NCBI RefSeq assembly: GCF_001194135.2
Contig: NC_068985.1
Location: 55,145,019 to 55,209,018, forward strand
Reading direction: 5' to 3'
DNA: 64,000 nucleotides
Source of the DNA: Octopus bimaculoides
Lineage: Eukaryota
Below, piece after piece: positions 40,270 to 52,959 of this stretch. Made by a program: the position numbers and the translations under genes. Numbering within the stretch: position 1 is the first letter of the stretch; every line of letters starts with the position of its first letter. A model generated the notes under the pieces. The model saw only the letters and a list, made by a program, of their open reading frames with translations, was not told the origin of the DNA and did no database searches.

Positions 40270-42617
40270 NNNNNNNNNNTATATATATATATATATATAT
40301 ATATACATACATACACACACACACATATTGCAATGGGCCATGTAAAAAGTACTCCACTCTGTAAAGTTGTTGGCATTAGGAAGGGCATCCAGCTGTAAAC
40401 AGCATGCCAAAACAAATGAGTCTAGTGCAGTCTTCTGGCTTACCAGATCCTACCAAACTGTCCATGCCAGCATGGAAAACAAACATTAAATGATGATGAT
40501 GATGTTGGGCTTCTTTCAGTTTCTAGCTACCAAATCCACTTTCGAGGCTTTGGTCAATCTGGGACTGTAGTGGAAGGTGCTTGCCCAAGGTGCCATTCAG
40601 TGACACTGGACCCAAAACAAATAGTTGGGAAGCAAAGTTTTTAAGCACACAACCTTGCATGCACCTATTGTCATGCTTACTTCTGCTTTGGAAAGAAATA
40701 TTGATGGAGATTTGGAGATGATAAGGAGTCAGGAAGATTAATTAGCAGGCCTTGCTGGTTGTTACTAAACACCCACTGTTGGAGGACTCCAAAACAAGGT
40801 CAATGTTCACATAACAGCTGATAAGAGAGAATGTCCTGTCCATGAACTGTAAGTAAATGATTATGGACTCATTTCAGCCTGGACTTACTTTCTCTCTCTT
40901 CTTATCAAAGTTGGTTGAGTCAAGGTAAAAAATCGTTATAATAATGAAATCATTGTTATAATAATGAAAAGCAAAAGAAAAAAAAAGTAAAATGCAAAAG
41001 GAAAATTTAGTTACTGGTGTGAATAGAAAATAGAGTTCAACCACATGTTTGGCAGTATCTAGTATGGTGCCTCACAATTCAGAATTCTTGTACCATCTTT
41101 AAATTCTTCAGAGCTGGTACAATGCAAACTGAGAGAAATGTTGGACTATATAGTAGTCTAACAGTCATCTTCTTGTTGTTCATTGTCATCATCATCATCA
41201 TTTTAACATTCACTTTCCCATGCTTGTATATGAGTCAAAGGAAGTTTATAGAGGCAGATTTTCTATGGTCTGATGCTTCTCTTGTTGACAACCCTCTCAT
41301 ATTTCCAAGCAGGTCTTTTGGATTTTAAGAGAACAATGGCCAGATATGTTTTCACAAAAGATTACAAACTAGTGACACTACTTGCTTCAGAGTCTCGTTT
41401 GTTGGCAACTAGCATGCAATGTCAAAACAAGGACACACATGCACACACACACACACACACATGTATATATAAAGCACAGGCTGCCCAACTGTTTGCTTTA
41501 GGTTCAATCTCACTGAATGGCATCCACTATAGCCCCAAAATGACCAAAGCCTTGAGAGTGGATTTGGTAGATAGAAACTGCAGGAAGCCTGTCATATATG
41601 TATATATATATATATACATGAGTTTATAAATGTGTGTATGTGTTATCTGTGTTAGTTTCCATGTACCAAATCCACTCACACAGCTTTTGTCAGCCCTGGG
41701 TTAAAGTAGAGGACACTTAGCCAAAGTGCTTCACAGTAGGACTGAGGCCCAAGCAATTTAGTTGGGAAGTAACCTTCTTAAGCCCAGTCATGCCTACATG
41801 TATAATATAGTATAGAAATAGTGTTGCTTGTCTTTCTTTTGAAATCCATCTGTAAGTTAGCTCATGGAAAGCCTAGTACTTCTGAAAAAAGAAAAAGAAA
41901 AAATCTCCCTGCAAAAATAGCAATCAGTCTTCAATATTTCCATTTTTCTCTCCATCTGATATCCTGTTTCCAAACTAATTTCTATTTCTTTATTCCCTTG
42001 GGTTTAATCCCTTTAGCTTTTCTCTTGCATTCTCTTTGAATAGTTTTAATTGTTATTTGCTTGCTGTACAAAACTTGTGATTATTGATTTTTAATCAGCC
42101 ATCTACTGTTGGATAATTTCTTTTTTTTTTTCCAAAAATATATTTGCTATACATACCATGACATTTGATATAAACACACACAGCAAATAAATAAAAATAT
42201 TTTGCCTTTCTTTTAATATCTCTAATAATTAGCATATATCATAAAATGTTAGCTTTCATTTCCCTCCCCTCCTTATTTTTAAAGCATTAAAGTATCTTCT
42301 TGTTGTCATGGAGATAGTGATTTTTATCTTGGAAAGATAACTCATGACCAATGGATATATTAAATTATCAATATTTTATTCCACCAGCACTTATCTGTTT
42401 GCAGCTTGCTTGTTATACAAGAAAAGCTTGTTCACATTTTAGCATCATTTTCCAACATACATCTACAGATGCAATGTTTGGACACCATCATCAGTGTTGT
42501 ATTTTGGAGTCACTGGCTGTTTCAGATCTTGCAACATACACATTCATCCAGGCAACCTGACCTAGGTTGTTGCAACCTAGGCTTGTATCTAAGTGGTATT
42601 CTGCTGACCCCACCAAT

Positions 42618-42930
42618 CACTCTTTCAAGCCAAGCCCATTTGGATGCTTTCTCTGCAACTCCTACATTGCTCTTGTTGTCTCTTCTCTTAGCTCCTGAAA
42701 TGTCCAGAGTTCCATATGCCTTACTCAGACTACAATCTGAAAACCCTCAGTAACCAGCAGCCTCCACTGGTAACCACCTTGTTCTTCACTCATTCTTGCA
42801 ATAATCCTCCACCAATTCCTCATACTTGATTCTTATTCTCACTTGAACCACCTCCATCCTCTCCACCCGGGGTACAGTTTATTCCAGTAAGTGCTTTGTT
42901 ACCTAGAAACCAAGATGGTATCGGGTATCA
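42618..42930 (-). mobile_element. HERO-like REL non-LTR retrotransposon 3' remnant
   Basis: Minus strand reads PDTILVS..LLE*TVP..ERME..KYEELVE..RWLPVE..GF..SLSKAYGTLDISGAKRR..AEKASKWAWLER, matching the HERO REL endonuclease C-terminus. Confidence 0.8.
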
Positions 42931-43045
42931 GTAACCATACTATTTTATTATTTGATTATTAGCATTGTAATAATACCAGTGAGTAATGCTGTGTCTGTTA
43001 AGTGGATTTTCTTGCTCCCCTCTCCCCTCTCTCTCTCAATATATG

Positions 43046-43096
<51 letters not shown>

Positions 43097-43945
43097 NNNN
43101 NNNNNNNNNNNNNNNNNNNNNNNNNNNNNNNNNNNNNNNNNNNNNNNNNNNNNNNNNNNNNNNNNNNNNNNNNNNNNNNNNNNNNNNNNNNNNNNNNNNN
43201 NNNNNNNNNNNNNNNNNNNNNNNNNNNNNNNNNNNNNNNNNNNNNNNNNNNNNNNNNNNNNNNNNNNNNNNNNNNNNNNNNNNNNNNNNNNNNNNNNNNN
43301 NNNNNNNNNNNNNNNNNNNNNNNNNNNNNNNNNNNNNNNNNNNNNNNNNNNNNNNNNNNNNNNNNNNNNNNNNNNNNNNNNNNNNNNNNNNNNNNNNNNN
43401 NNNNNNNNNNNNNNNNNNNNNNNNNNNNNNNNNNNNNNNNNNNNNNNNNNNNNNNNNNNNNNNNNNNNNNNNNNNNNNNNNNNNNNNNNNNNNNNNNNNN
43501 NNNNNNNNNNNNNNNNNNNNNNNNNNNNNNNNNNNNNNNNNNNNNNNNNNNNNNNNNNNNNNNNNNNNNNNNNNNNNNNNNNNNNNNNNNNNNNNNNNNN
43601 NNNNNNNNNNNNNNNNNNNNNNNNNNNNNNNNNNNNNNNNNNNNNNNNNNNNNNNNNNNNNNNNNNNNNNNNNNNNNNNNNNNNNNNNNNNNNNNNNNNN
43701 NNNNNNNNNNNNNNNNNNNNNNNNNNNNNNNNNNNNNNNNNNNNNNNNNNNNNNNNNNNNNNNNNNNNNNNNNNNNNNNNNNNNNNNNNNNNNNNNNNNN
43801 NNNNNNNNNNNNNNNNNNNCATACACATATATATATATATATATACATACACACATATATATATATATATATACATACACACACATATATATATATATAT
43901 ACATACACGCACACATATATATATACACACACACATATATATATA

Positions 43946-44003
<58 letters not shown>

Positions 44004-44045
44004 TATATGTATATATACACACACATATACATGTATTTCCTTTTA

Positions 44046-44940
44046 TGCTCAGAGTAAAAGTTAGACTGTATGATGCAAACAGCCATGCTACATGGCAGTG
44101 AAATATGGGCCGTGACTGCTGAGGACATGCGTAAGCTTGTAAGGAATGAAGTTAGTATGTTCTGCTGGATGTGTAATGCCCGTGCGCATACACGACAGAG
44201 TGTAAGTACCCTGAGAGAAAAGTTGGACTTAAGAAGCATCAGATGTGGTGTGCAAGAGAGATGACTGCATTGGTATGGTCATGTGTTACGAATGGATGAG
44301 GACAGCTGTGTGAAAAAGCATCATACCCTAGCAGTAGAGAGAACCTGTGGAAGAGGTAGACCCAGGAAGATCTGGAATGAGGTGGTGAAGCATGACCTTT
44401 GAACATTAACATTGGGCCTCCCTGAGACAATAAGTGACTGAGATCTTTGCAGATATGCTGTGCTTGAGATGACCTGGCAAGCCAAGTGACACCATAACTG
44501 TGACCTATGCCAGTGCAGCATAACCAGCCCATTTAAGAGTACCCTTCAATCATTGGGCAATGAACTATGCTTGTGAAGACCTGTTGAGGCAAGTGAAATC
44601 GCTGTCATGACCAATGAGAGTACCGCCTGATTGGCATCCTTGCCAGTGGCAGATTAAAAACAACATTCGAGCGTGATCATTGCCAGTGCCACCTGACTGG
44701 CTCCTGTGCTGGTGGCATGTAAAAAGCATCATTTGAGTGTGGTCGATGCCAGTACCGCCCGACTGGCCCTTGTGCCGGTGGCAAGTAAAAATCACCCACT
44801 ACACTCTTGGAGTGGTTGGTGTTACGAAGGGCATCCAACTGTAGAAACTCTGCCAGATCAGATTGGAGCCTGGTGCAACCTTTTGGCTCACCAGCCCTCA
44901 GTTAAACCATCCAACCCATGCCAGCATGGAAAGCGTACCT
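44046..44940 (+). mobile_element. RTE-clade LINE 3' portion (ORF C-terminus plus 3' UTR)
   Basis: [61 protein letters not shown], then a UTR with tandem hairpin modules and the shared ccaacccatgccagcatggaaa end. Confidence 0.88.
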
Positions 44941-44949
44941 ATTGAGTCA

Positions 44950-45388
44950 AGTACATCAACATCAAAATCAAATCAAATGGAAATTGTAGCTGTGGTCCCT
45001 GTGCCAGTGGCACGTAGAAAGCACTGTCCAAACATAGTCATTGCCAGCCCCCTTGCCCTGACCAGCTCCTGTGCCGGTGGCACGTAAAAAGCACCATCTG
45101 ATCATGGCCGATGCCAATGCTGCTTTGACTAGCTCCCATGCCAGTGGCACATAAAAAGCACCATCCGATTGTGGTCGATGCCAGCCCCTTCTGGCCCTAG
45201 AGCCGGTGGCATGTAAAAAAAGCACCCACTACATTCTCGGAGTGGTTGGTGTTAGGAAGGGCATCCAGCTGTAGAAACACTTCCAGTTCAGACTGGAGCC
45301 TGGGCAGTCTCCTGGCTTCCCAGACTCCAGTCAAGCTGTCCAACCCATGGCAGTATGGAAAACAGACATTAAACGATGATGATGATGT
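44950..45388 (+). mobile_element. Second RTE-family 3' end in tandem
   Basis: gtgccggtggcacgtaaaaagcacc modules, aggaagggcatccagctgtagaaac and a (GAT)n tail. Confidence 0.8.
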
Positions 45389-45414
45389 TGTATATATATA
45401 TATATATATATATA

Positions 45415-45818
45415 GGCACAGGAGTGGCTGTGTGGTAAGTAGCTTGCTTACCAACCACATGGTTCCAGGTTCAGTCCCACTGCGTGGCATCTTGGGCAAG
45501 TGTCTTCTACTATAGCCTCGGGCCGACCAAAGCCTTGTGAGTGGATTTGGTAGACGGAAACTGAAAGAAGCCCGTCATATATATATATATATGTATGTAT
45601 GTGTATTTATGTGTCTGTCTTTGTCCCCCGCCACTATCGCTTGACAACCGATGCTGGTGTGTTTACGTCCCCGTAACCTAGTGGTTCGGCAAAAAGAGAC
45701 CAATAGAATAAGTACTAGGCTCACAAAGAATAAGTCCTGGGGTCGATTTGCTCGACTAAAAGGTGGTGCTCCAGCATGGCTGCAGTCTAATGACTAAAAC
45801 AAGTAAAAGAGTAAAAGA

Positions 45819-45819
<1 letters not shown>
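45415..45819 (+). mobile_element. tRNA-head SINE with internal microsatellite and ggtgctccagcatggctgcagtc tail (abundant family)
   Basis: A/B-box-like head gctgtgtggtaag...ggttcagtccca. Other copies at 59534-59927 (-), 49734-50137 (+), 50154-50480 (+), 22150-22560 (-), 1-240 (3' part) and 28170-28350 (-). Confidence 0.85.
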
Positions 45820-45851
<32 letters not shown>

Positions 45852-47329
45852 CACACACACACACATGTATACATACATAGAGAGAGAGAACTCTATTAAT
45901 GAGGATCAATTAAGATCAGAGCAGAGCCATTAACCACATTAATGGCTATATGGTAAAATGTAAATCTACCGGTAAACAATCCAGGAAGTCCACTGGTGCT
46001 TGGTAATCCACAACTCCAAGAATATCGAAAGTAGAAGAGAACATTAGCGTGATATATAATAATAATAATAAAAACAAAGGAATGGATTATATGGTATCAC
46101 TACAATCATTTCATTAAGCACTTTTATTGCATTGTAACATTATACAGGCAGGTTTGTATGAAGTGCAATATCCATAAGATACTGCAAAATAAAACAGAGA
46201 ACCTCTCAAATTCTTCAGGCTGTACTGTGATGCATAAGAGCAAACATCAACATGCTGAACAGTGTAGCTCAATGACGTGCTGATGAAATCGAGGAAACCA
46301 ACAGTCCAAAAGTGGAAAGAGGTTGAAAAGTGACAAACCAATTAGAAGCGTGGGTAATTCAGTTAGGTTGTCAGAGCAAGTAGACATTAAAAAAGGGAGA
46401 CGGAATTGTTGACCAAATATTATTGATTAGAATATTAAAAACATAGGCAAAGAAAAGAGAAAAGGTAAGCAGCAATTCCTATCTTAAACTTACATTGACT
46501 GTGGTGACATCCTCGCAGAGTGAGTGTATATATTGTCTATTTTCAGTGGCGCCAAATAGAAGTTTTACTTAGTTCTTTGAAACATGCCATGGATGGTATT
46601 TACAAAGAGATTATCTATGCAATTTTATTTGTTTGCCTTATTAGCTTAGTTAAAGGTATGTCAAGTGGGTATACAGGCTGCACTATCTACTTTAAATAAA
46701 TTGTTTAAATAACTTTAATAGTTATGGATGTAGCCAGCATAATGGAACAGCATTGCCAAAGATAATACACAAGTGTTAATTAAGAGACATATTGTTAATT
46801 ATTATGTAGAGACAGTTACTTAGTGGAGCTTTCTAAAAATACAATATAAATTTAGCAGTAAGAGAGAGAGAGTGACTATAAAGGAAAGAAAGAAAATGAA
46901 AGGATAAATCGCAGAGATACTCATGGTGTCAATGGCACAAAGGAAAACAGTACGATTAATTTGGGCAAGATCAAACCAACATACATATTAGACATAGATA
47001 AGTAGTTATAAGCATAATCTGTATCCAATTAATAGAGTTTTAAAATCATGCTAGCTGTAGTACTAGAAATTTAAAATTACATCTTTTAAATGGTAATTCC
47101 ATAGCTATGAACTAAGACTATCATAATTAATAAAAAAAAAGGAAAACAGAACCAGTGCTAGATTCAAGGACTTTCCAATCTCTGGTTCCATGCTTCAGTT
47201 CTGTCATAACGTTGTGAGAGGACTTGCTTACAATTTTGGTTGTTAATTTTACATTTTTACACGTTAACATGCTGCTGCTGCAGCTGTTGTTGCTTCTTGC
47301 TTGATAGGATTGGGGGTCATCCCAGATTT

Positions 47330-47465
47330 GTGGTCCCAGAGGTGTCATTGTACATAGAGCTGATCAGGTCGAGCCTCTCGAGATCTTGCTTAATCATGTC
47401 TAGCCATATAGACAAATGCCTGTTGAAGTATACAGCCAAATTTTCTTCTTGTCCCTAACTCTTAC
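47330..47465 (-). mobile_element. RTE-like ORF C-terminal remnant
   Basis: Minus strand IWLDMIKQDLERLDL resembles the RTE GRPxxTWxDxIxxDL terminal motif. Confidence 0.45.
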
Positions 47466-47629
47466 TGGATGATTTGTTAATGGGATGTCAGCAAACATCA
47501 CCATTTTTCCTTAATGCTTTTCAAATACACATAGACTCACACAGGCATATATATTTATTCAAGGAAAAGATTGACAGTGATTTTGAAGTTTCAGCTTGCT
47601 CAGCTTCATCAGTGTCTAGTAAACCAATC

Positions 47630-48000
47630 GTGAAAGCGAAATCGTGATGGCACCTGTGCCAGCGTCGTCTTCCTGGCACTTGTGCCGGTGGCACGTGTAA
47701 AGACATTCGAGCGAGATCGTTGCCAGTGCCGCTAGACTAGCTCCTGTGCAGGTGGCACGTAAAATACGCCATTTTGAGTGTGGCCGTTGCCAGTACCGCC
47801 TGACTGGCCTTTGTGCCGGTGGCACGTAAAAGCACCCACTACACTCTCTGAGTGGTTGGCGTTAGGAAGGGCATCCAGCTGTAGAAACTTTGCCAAATCA
47901 GATTGGAGCCTGGTGTAGCCATCTGGTTTCACCAGTCCGCAGTCAAATTGTCCAACCCATACTAGCATGGAAAGCGGACGTTAAACGATGATGATGATGA
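47630..48000 (+). mobile_element. RTE-family 3' end
   Basis: Same modules and (GAT)n tail as 44950-45388. Confidence 0.8.
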
Positions 48001-49037
48001 CTGTCAACCATTTTCTTTGAAAAAGGTAATTAATATGCACTGTACTAAAAAATATTGAATGACTCTTCAGTTTACTGTTAAATTGTTTTTATATATAATT
48101 TGATGTAAAATCAAACATTCATATATATATATAAACATTTATATGCACACACATTTATGTTGAATGAGAGAAGAGTTCTCTCTTTTTTCATCTATCTATC
48201 TATTTATCTACCTACCTATCTATCTATCTATCTATCATTTAAACAGACTTCCATACAGCTTCCATTTATCAATTTTACTCAGAAGATATTAGTTGGCCCA
48301 AGGTGCCATGTTTTGAAATAGAGGTCAAGACCACATGATAACAAAGTGAAAACTGTGTCCACACAGTCATGCCTGTACCTAGCCATGTGTAGCTATAAAA
48401 CCACAGGATTTGAAATGTTCGTGTGTGAGGAGAGGGCAGACTTAAACCATAGTCAAACAACCATCCAATTTAAAGTGGTGGTTGGGGATGGGGAATGGAA
48501 GATTTTGCTTAGAAGCTAATCAAATAGCCATGTAATTTAGTGGGGGAAAAAGATTAAGTTCTTATCAGGTTAATGAACTAACTAGGCTAATTGTTCTGTC
48601 TCTTGACATATATATATATCTAAAATAAATTCTTGGATCCACTCATCCAAAAACTACTAACCTCAATTTAGCATTATCGTAACTTTGGGTGATTTCAAGT
48701 TTATCTTAATCCAAAGCCAGAGTATAGGATATCTCAGCAATCTATTAATAACTGGAATGGATTAAGAAAGAAGCCTTACTTATCCCCCCCCCCTTTCAGG
48801 GGTCATCAGCTTTTATTATAATCTGCAATAAACCAAAAGTAGTCTAAACCATTTTATTAATTGGTAGCTGTGATGGATTTGTTGCATTGTGCTAATCACT
48901 TATATCAGGTAACTATATTTTGAGTAAAGAAGTGTGTTTGTGTGTGCCACAGGAAAGGGAGAGAGAGTAGGGCAAGTTGAGAAATGAAAAAAATTTTTTT
49001 GAGTCAGTGTGCATAGTGAAAAACATTTGTGTCTGTG

Positions 49038-49081
<44 letters not shown>

Positions 49082-49181
49082 NNNNNNNNNNNNNNNNNNN
49101 NNNNNNNNNNNNNNNNNNNNNNNNNNNNNNNNNNNNNNNNNNNNNNNNNNNNNNNNNNNNNNNNNNNNNNNNNNNNNNNNN

Positions 49182-49213
49182 TGACGTTTCGAGCTACGCT
49201 CTTCAACAGAAAG
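49182..49213 (-). ncRNA. Minimal type I hammerhead motif with A6U core (CUGUUGA), truncated by a gap
   Basis: Minus strand CTTT-CTGTTGA-A-GAGC-gta-GCTC-GAAA-CGT-C-A|N gap. Confidence 0.6.
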
Positions 49214-50934
49214 AATACGGAGACAAGGATAGATATGGAGATAGGTGCTATAAAAAGAAACTACAAGACATCCATTCAGAATTTAATCTCCTTCGAAGTA
49301 GTCACCTTCTGAAGCCACACACTTTATCCAATGTCACTTCTATTGATGGAAGCATTCTTGGAACTACTTTTTGGGGAATAGTGAGCAGCTGCCTCATTGC
49401 ATTCTCTTAAATGACCTGGTTTGGGGTTCATAGCTGTGGTTTGGTGTTCATAGCCATTGACCCATAACTACCATTTTCCAAAAGTTTTCATCTTCCTAGA
49501 CATAGTCAAGGAGATTCTGCTCAAGTGAAACCCAATTTTCTTTTTAAGACAGCAACATTCTGCACACTTTACTTCCAAGCACTGCTATAAACAGCAGGAG
49601 TGAGTGAGAATGTTATAACTTTGTATGCATGCATGACAGAGTTTAAGGTCAATCTGTGCCAAGTGGCGTCACTCCAAGTACTTTAGCTCCATTACCATAC
49701 CAACAGTTTCAATACTTTATGAACAGACCTCATAGGCATGCCTGTGTGGTAAGAAGTTTGCTTCCCAACCACATGGTACAAGGTTTGGTCCCACTTCCCT
49801 TGGGAAGTGTCTTCTACTATAGCCTCGGGCTAACCAAAGCCTTGTGGGTGGATTTGATAGATGGAAACTGAAAGAAGCCCATCGTATATATATATATATG
49901 TGTGTGTGTGTGTTTATATGTATATATGTATATATTTGTGTGTTTGTGTTCCTGTAACACCGATGTTGGTGTGTTTATGTCCCTGTAACTTAGTGGTTCA
50001 GCAAAGCAGACCGATAGAATAAGTACCAGGCTTAAAAAGAATAAGTCCAAGGGTCGATTTCTTCAACTAAAAGGTGGTGCTCTAGCATGACCACAGTCAA
50101 AATGACTAAAACAAATAAAAAAATAAAAGAATAAAAGTACATACACACACACAGGTGCAGGCATGACTGTGTGGTAAGAAGCTTGCTTCCCAACCACATA
50201 GTTCTGGGTTCTGTCCCAATGCATGGCAGCTTTGGCAAGTCTCTTTTACTATAGCCTCGGACCGACTGAAGCTTTGTGAGTGGATTTGGTAGATGGAAAC
50301 TGAAAGACGCTTGTCGTATATCAGTGTCTGTTTTGTCCTCCACCACCACCACCACTTGACAACCAGTGTTGTTATGTTTACATCCCTGTAACTTAGCAGT
50401 TTAACAAAAGTGATTTATAGAATAAGTATCAAGCTTAAAGAAAAAGTACAGGGGTTGATTCATTTGACTAAAAAACCTTCAATGCAGTGAGCCAAAATCT
50501 AATACCTATAAAACTAATATATATATATATAGCGTGGCTATATGGTAAAAAGCTTGTTTACCAACCACAAGGTTCCAAGTTCAGTCCCACTGTGTAGCAC
50601 CTTGGGCAAGTGTCTTCAGCTTTAGCCTTGGGCCGACCAAAGCCTTGTGAATGGATTTAGTTGATGGAAACTGAAAGAATCCTGTCAAAGCACCTTCCAA
50701 ACATGGCCGATGCCAGTGCCGCCTTGACTGGCTTCTGTGCCAGTGACACGTAAAAAGCACCATCCAAACGTGGCTGATGTCGAGTCAAGTACATCAACAT
50801 CGGCAATATCAAAATCAAATCAAATGGAAATTGTAGTTGTGAGCCCCATGCCAGTAGCACGTAAAAAGCACCATCCAATCATGGTCAATGCCAGCTCCTC
50901 TAGCCCCTTGTGCTGGTGGCACATAAAAGCACCA

Positions 50935-51319
50935 CTTCTTCCCCTGAGAAACGAACCTCTACTCCTCCATATGCACGTCCCCTGGCGATATAAATTATGT
51001 CTCTCCAAATAGGGGACAGGCATCTTTCGATGGTATCTTTTTCGAAATGTTTAAACCTTCTGTCTTTTGGACAAAAGGTTTTAAATATCACGGCCCGTTT
51101 CTCCATATTATTAACCAAAGCTGAGGGTGATATTTTTACATCACCACCCTCCTGCTTCATTCTTTTAAACAGATCACCAAGCTTGTTTATATTAATTTTG
51201 ATATTTTCGGTTGCCACTTCGGCAACCGCTGAAAATTTTTTCGGCGTGTTTTCACTCTCAACGAGTGACTTCTTTTGCGAAATAAATTGAATTGACATAA
51301 TAATATTTTTCCCGCGCAA
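50935..51319 (-). pseudogene. Truncated non-LTR retrotransposon ORF1-like N-terminus
   Basis: KRAVIFKTF..FKHFEKDTIERCLSPIWRDIIYIARGRAYGGVEVRFSGEE resembles the RRM-like region of invertebrate LINE ORF1. It is fused at about 50935 to an RTE tail and retains CpGs. Confidence 0.45.
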
Positions 51320-52018
51320 ACTGGGAAACCTATGAAAAAATATTTTTCAAGCTGTGAAAAAAAAATGTTCTCCTCCAAAAGAAGACAAAGATGTTTCAAA
51401 TCCCACCCCCGTTCGGGGGAGGTGGACAGAATAATCTAAAAAGACTATTCACAGTTTTTTTTGGCAATAATATTTAAAAATAAAGATGCCGCAATGGTCA
51501 ACAGAGTCAATGTATATATTTTTGAAATATTTCCGGGTAAAACCGGGAAAAAATATAGTTCAACAGTTCAGCAATGGCAATCCTTCACGGAACAACAGCG
51601 ATAATAGCTATAACAAAGTCAACAATGGCAGCAAAAATTCTTACCGGCAGACAGAAAAAAAAAAAACGTCCGAAGAGGTGTTGGGTAAGCGAGATACTTT
51701 TCACTCTCCACGTGGACTCCTTTTACGAAATAAATTCAATAGACATAATAGCAGTTTTTAAAACAAACTGGGAATCCTATGAAGAAATATTTTTAAACAG
51801 GGAAACCTATGAAAAAATATTTTTCAAGCTGAGAATAAATGTTCTCTTCTAAAGGAGGACAAAGATGTTTCAAATCCCATCCCCGTTAAGGGGAGGGGCA
51901 CAGAATAATCTAAAAAGACTATTCACTGTTTTTTTGTTTTTTTTTGCAATAAAATTTAAAAATAAAGATGCCGCAATGGCCAACAAAGTCAACACGGAAC
52001 AACAGCGATAATAGCTAT
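51318..52018. repeat. About 477-bp-period direct duplication upstream of the ORF1-like frame
   Basis: aaactgggaaacctatgaaaaaatatttttcaagctg...gatgccgcaatgg at 51318-51512 recurs at 51795-51992 and runs into a gap. Confidence 0.85.
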
Positions 52019-52817
52019 NNNNNNNNNNNNNNNNNNNNNNNNNNNNNNNNNNNNNNNNNNNNNNNNNNNNNNNNNNNNNNNNNNNNNNNNNNNNNNNNNN
52101 NNNNNNNNNNNNNNNNNNNNNNNNNNNNNNNNNNNNNNNNNNNNNNNNNNNNNNNNNNNNNNNNNNNNNNNNNNNNNNNNNNNNNNNNNNNNNNNNNNNN
52201 NNNNNNNNNNNNNNNNNNNNNNNNNNNNNNNNNNNNNNNNNNNNNNNNNNNNNNNNNNNNNNNNNNNNNNNNNNNNNNNNNNNNNNNNNNNNNNNNNNNN
52301 NNNNNNNNNNNNNNNNNNNNNNNNNNNNNNNNNNNNNNNNNNNNNNNNNNNNNNNNNNNNNNNNNNNNNNNNNNNNNNNNNNNNNNNNNNNNNNNNNNNN
52401 NNNNNNNNNNNNNNNNNNNNNNNNNNNNNNNNNNNNNNNNNNNNNNNNNNNNNNNNNNNNNNNNNNNNNNNNNNNNNNNNNNNNNNNNNNNNNNNNNNNN
52501 NNNNNNNNNNNNNNNNNNNNNNNNNNNNNNNNNNNNNNNNNNNNNNNNNNNNNNNNNNNNNNNNNNNNNNNNNNNNNNNNNNNNNNNNNNNNNNNNNNNN
52601 NNNNNNNNNNNNNNNNNNNNNNNNNNNNNNNNNNNNNNNNNNNNNNNNNNNNNNNNNNNNNNNNNNNNNNNNNNNNNNNNNNNNNNNNNNNNNNNNNNNN
52701 NNNNNNNNNNNNNNNNNNNNNNNNNNNNNNNNNNNNNNNNNNNNNNNNNNNNNNNNNNNNNNNNNNNNNNNNNNNNNNNNNNNNNNNNNNNNNNNNNNNN
52801 NNNNNNNNNNNNNNNNN

Positions 52818-52855
<38 letters not shown>

Positions 52856-52959
52856 TAACACACATATACATATATCATCCAGCTCATGCCAGCATGGAAA
52901 ATGGGCATTTATTGATGATGATGGTGATATATCATGGTATTGTCTATAGGAAGGATTAG

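Larger units (their letters stand above)
5848..52817. other. Assembly gaps (8)
   Basis: N runs at 5848-5875, 15704-15860, 24635-24818, 29751-29850, 40270-40279, 43097-43819, 49082-49181 and 52019-52817, mostly next to microsatellites. Confidence 0.99.

Noticed and set aside
42948-44239. Long ORFs (328-413 aa) in several frames
   Set aside because: They span an N gap and (TA)n/(CA)n microsatellites; artefacts. The same applies to ORFs over the gaps at 24635, 29751, 49082 and 52019.
44690-44800. Regularly spaced repeats resembling a CRISPR array or a pistol ribozyme
   Set aside because: Eukaryotic retroposon UTR; the spacers are homologous to each other, there are no cas genes, and the pistol P2/P3 elements are absent.
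46148-46383. Protein-like frame interrupted only by four TGA codons (selenoprotein?)
   Set aside because: No SECIS or recognisable family is visible. CGA>TGA decay of an old transposon ORF, or chance, is more likely.
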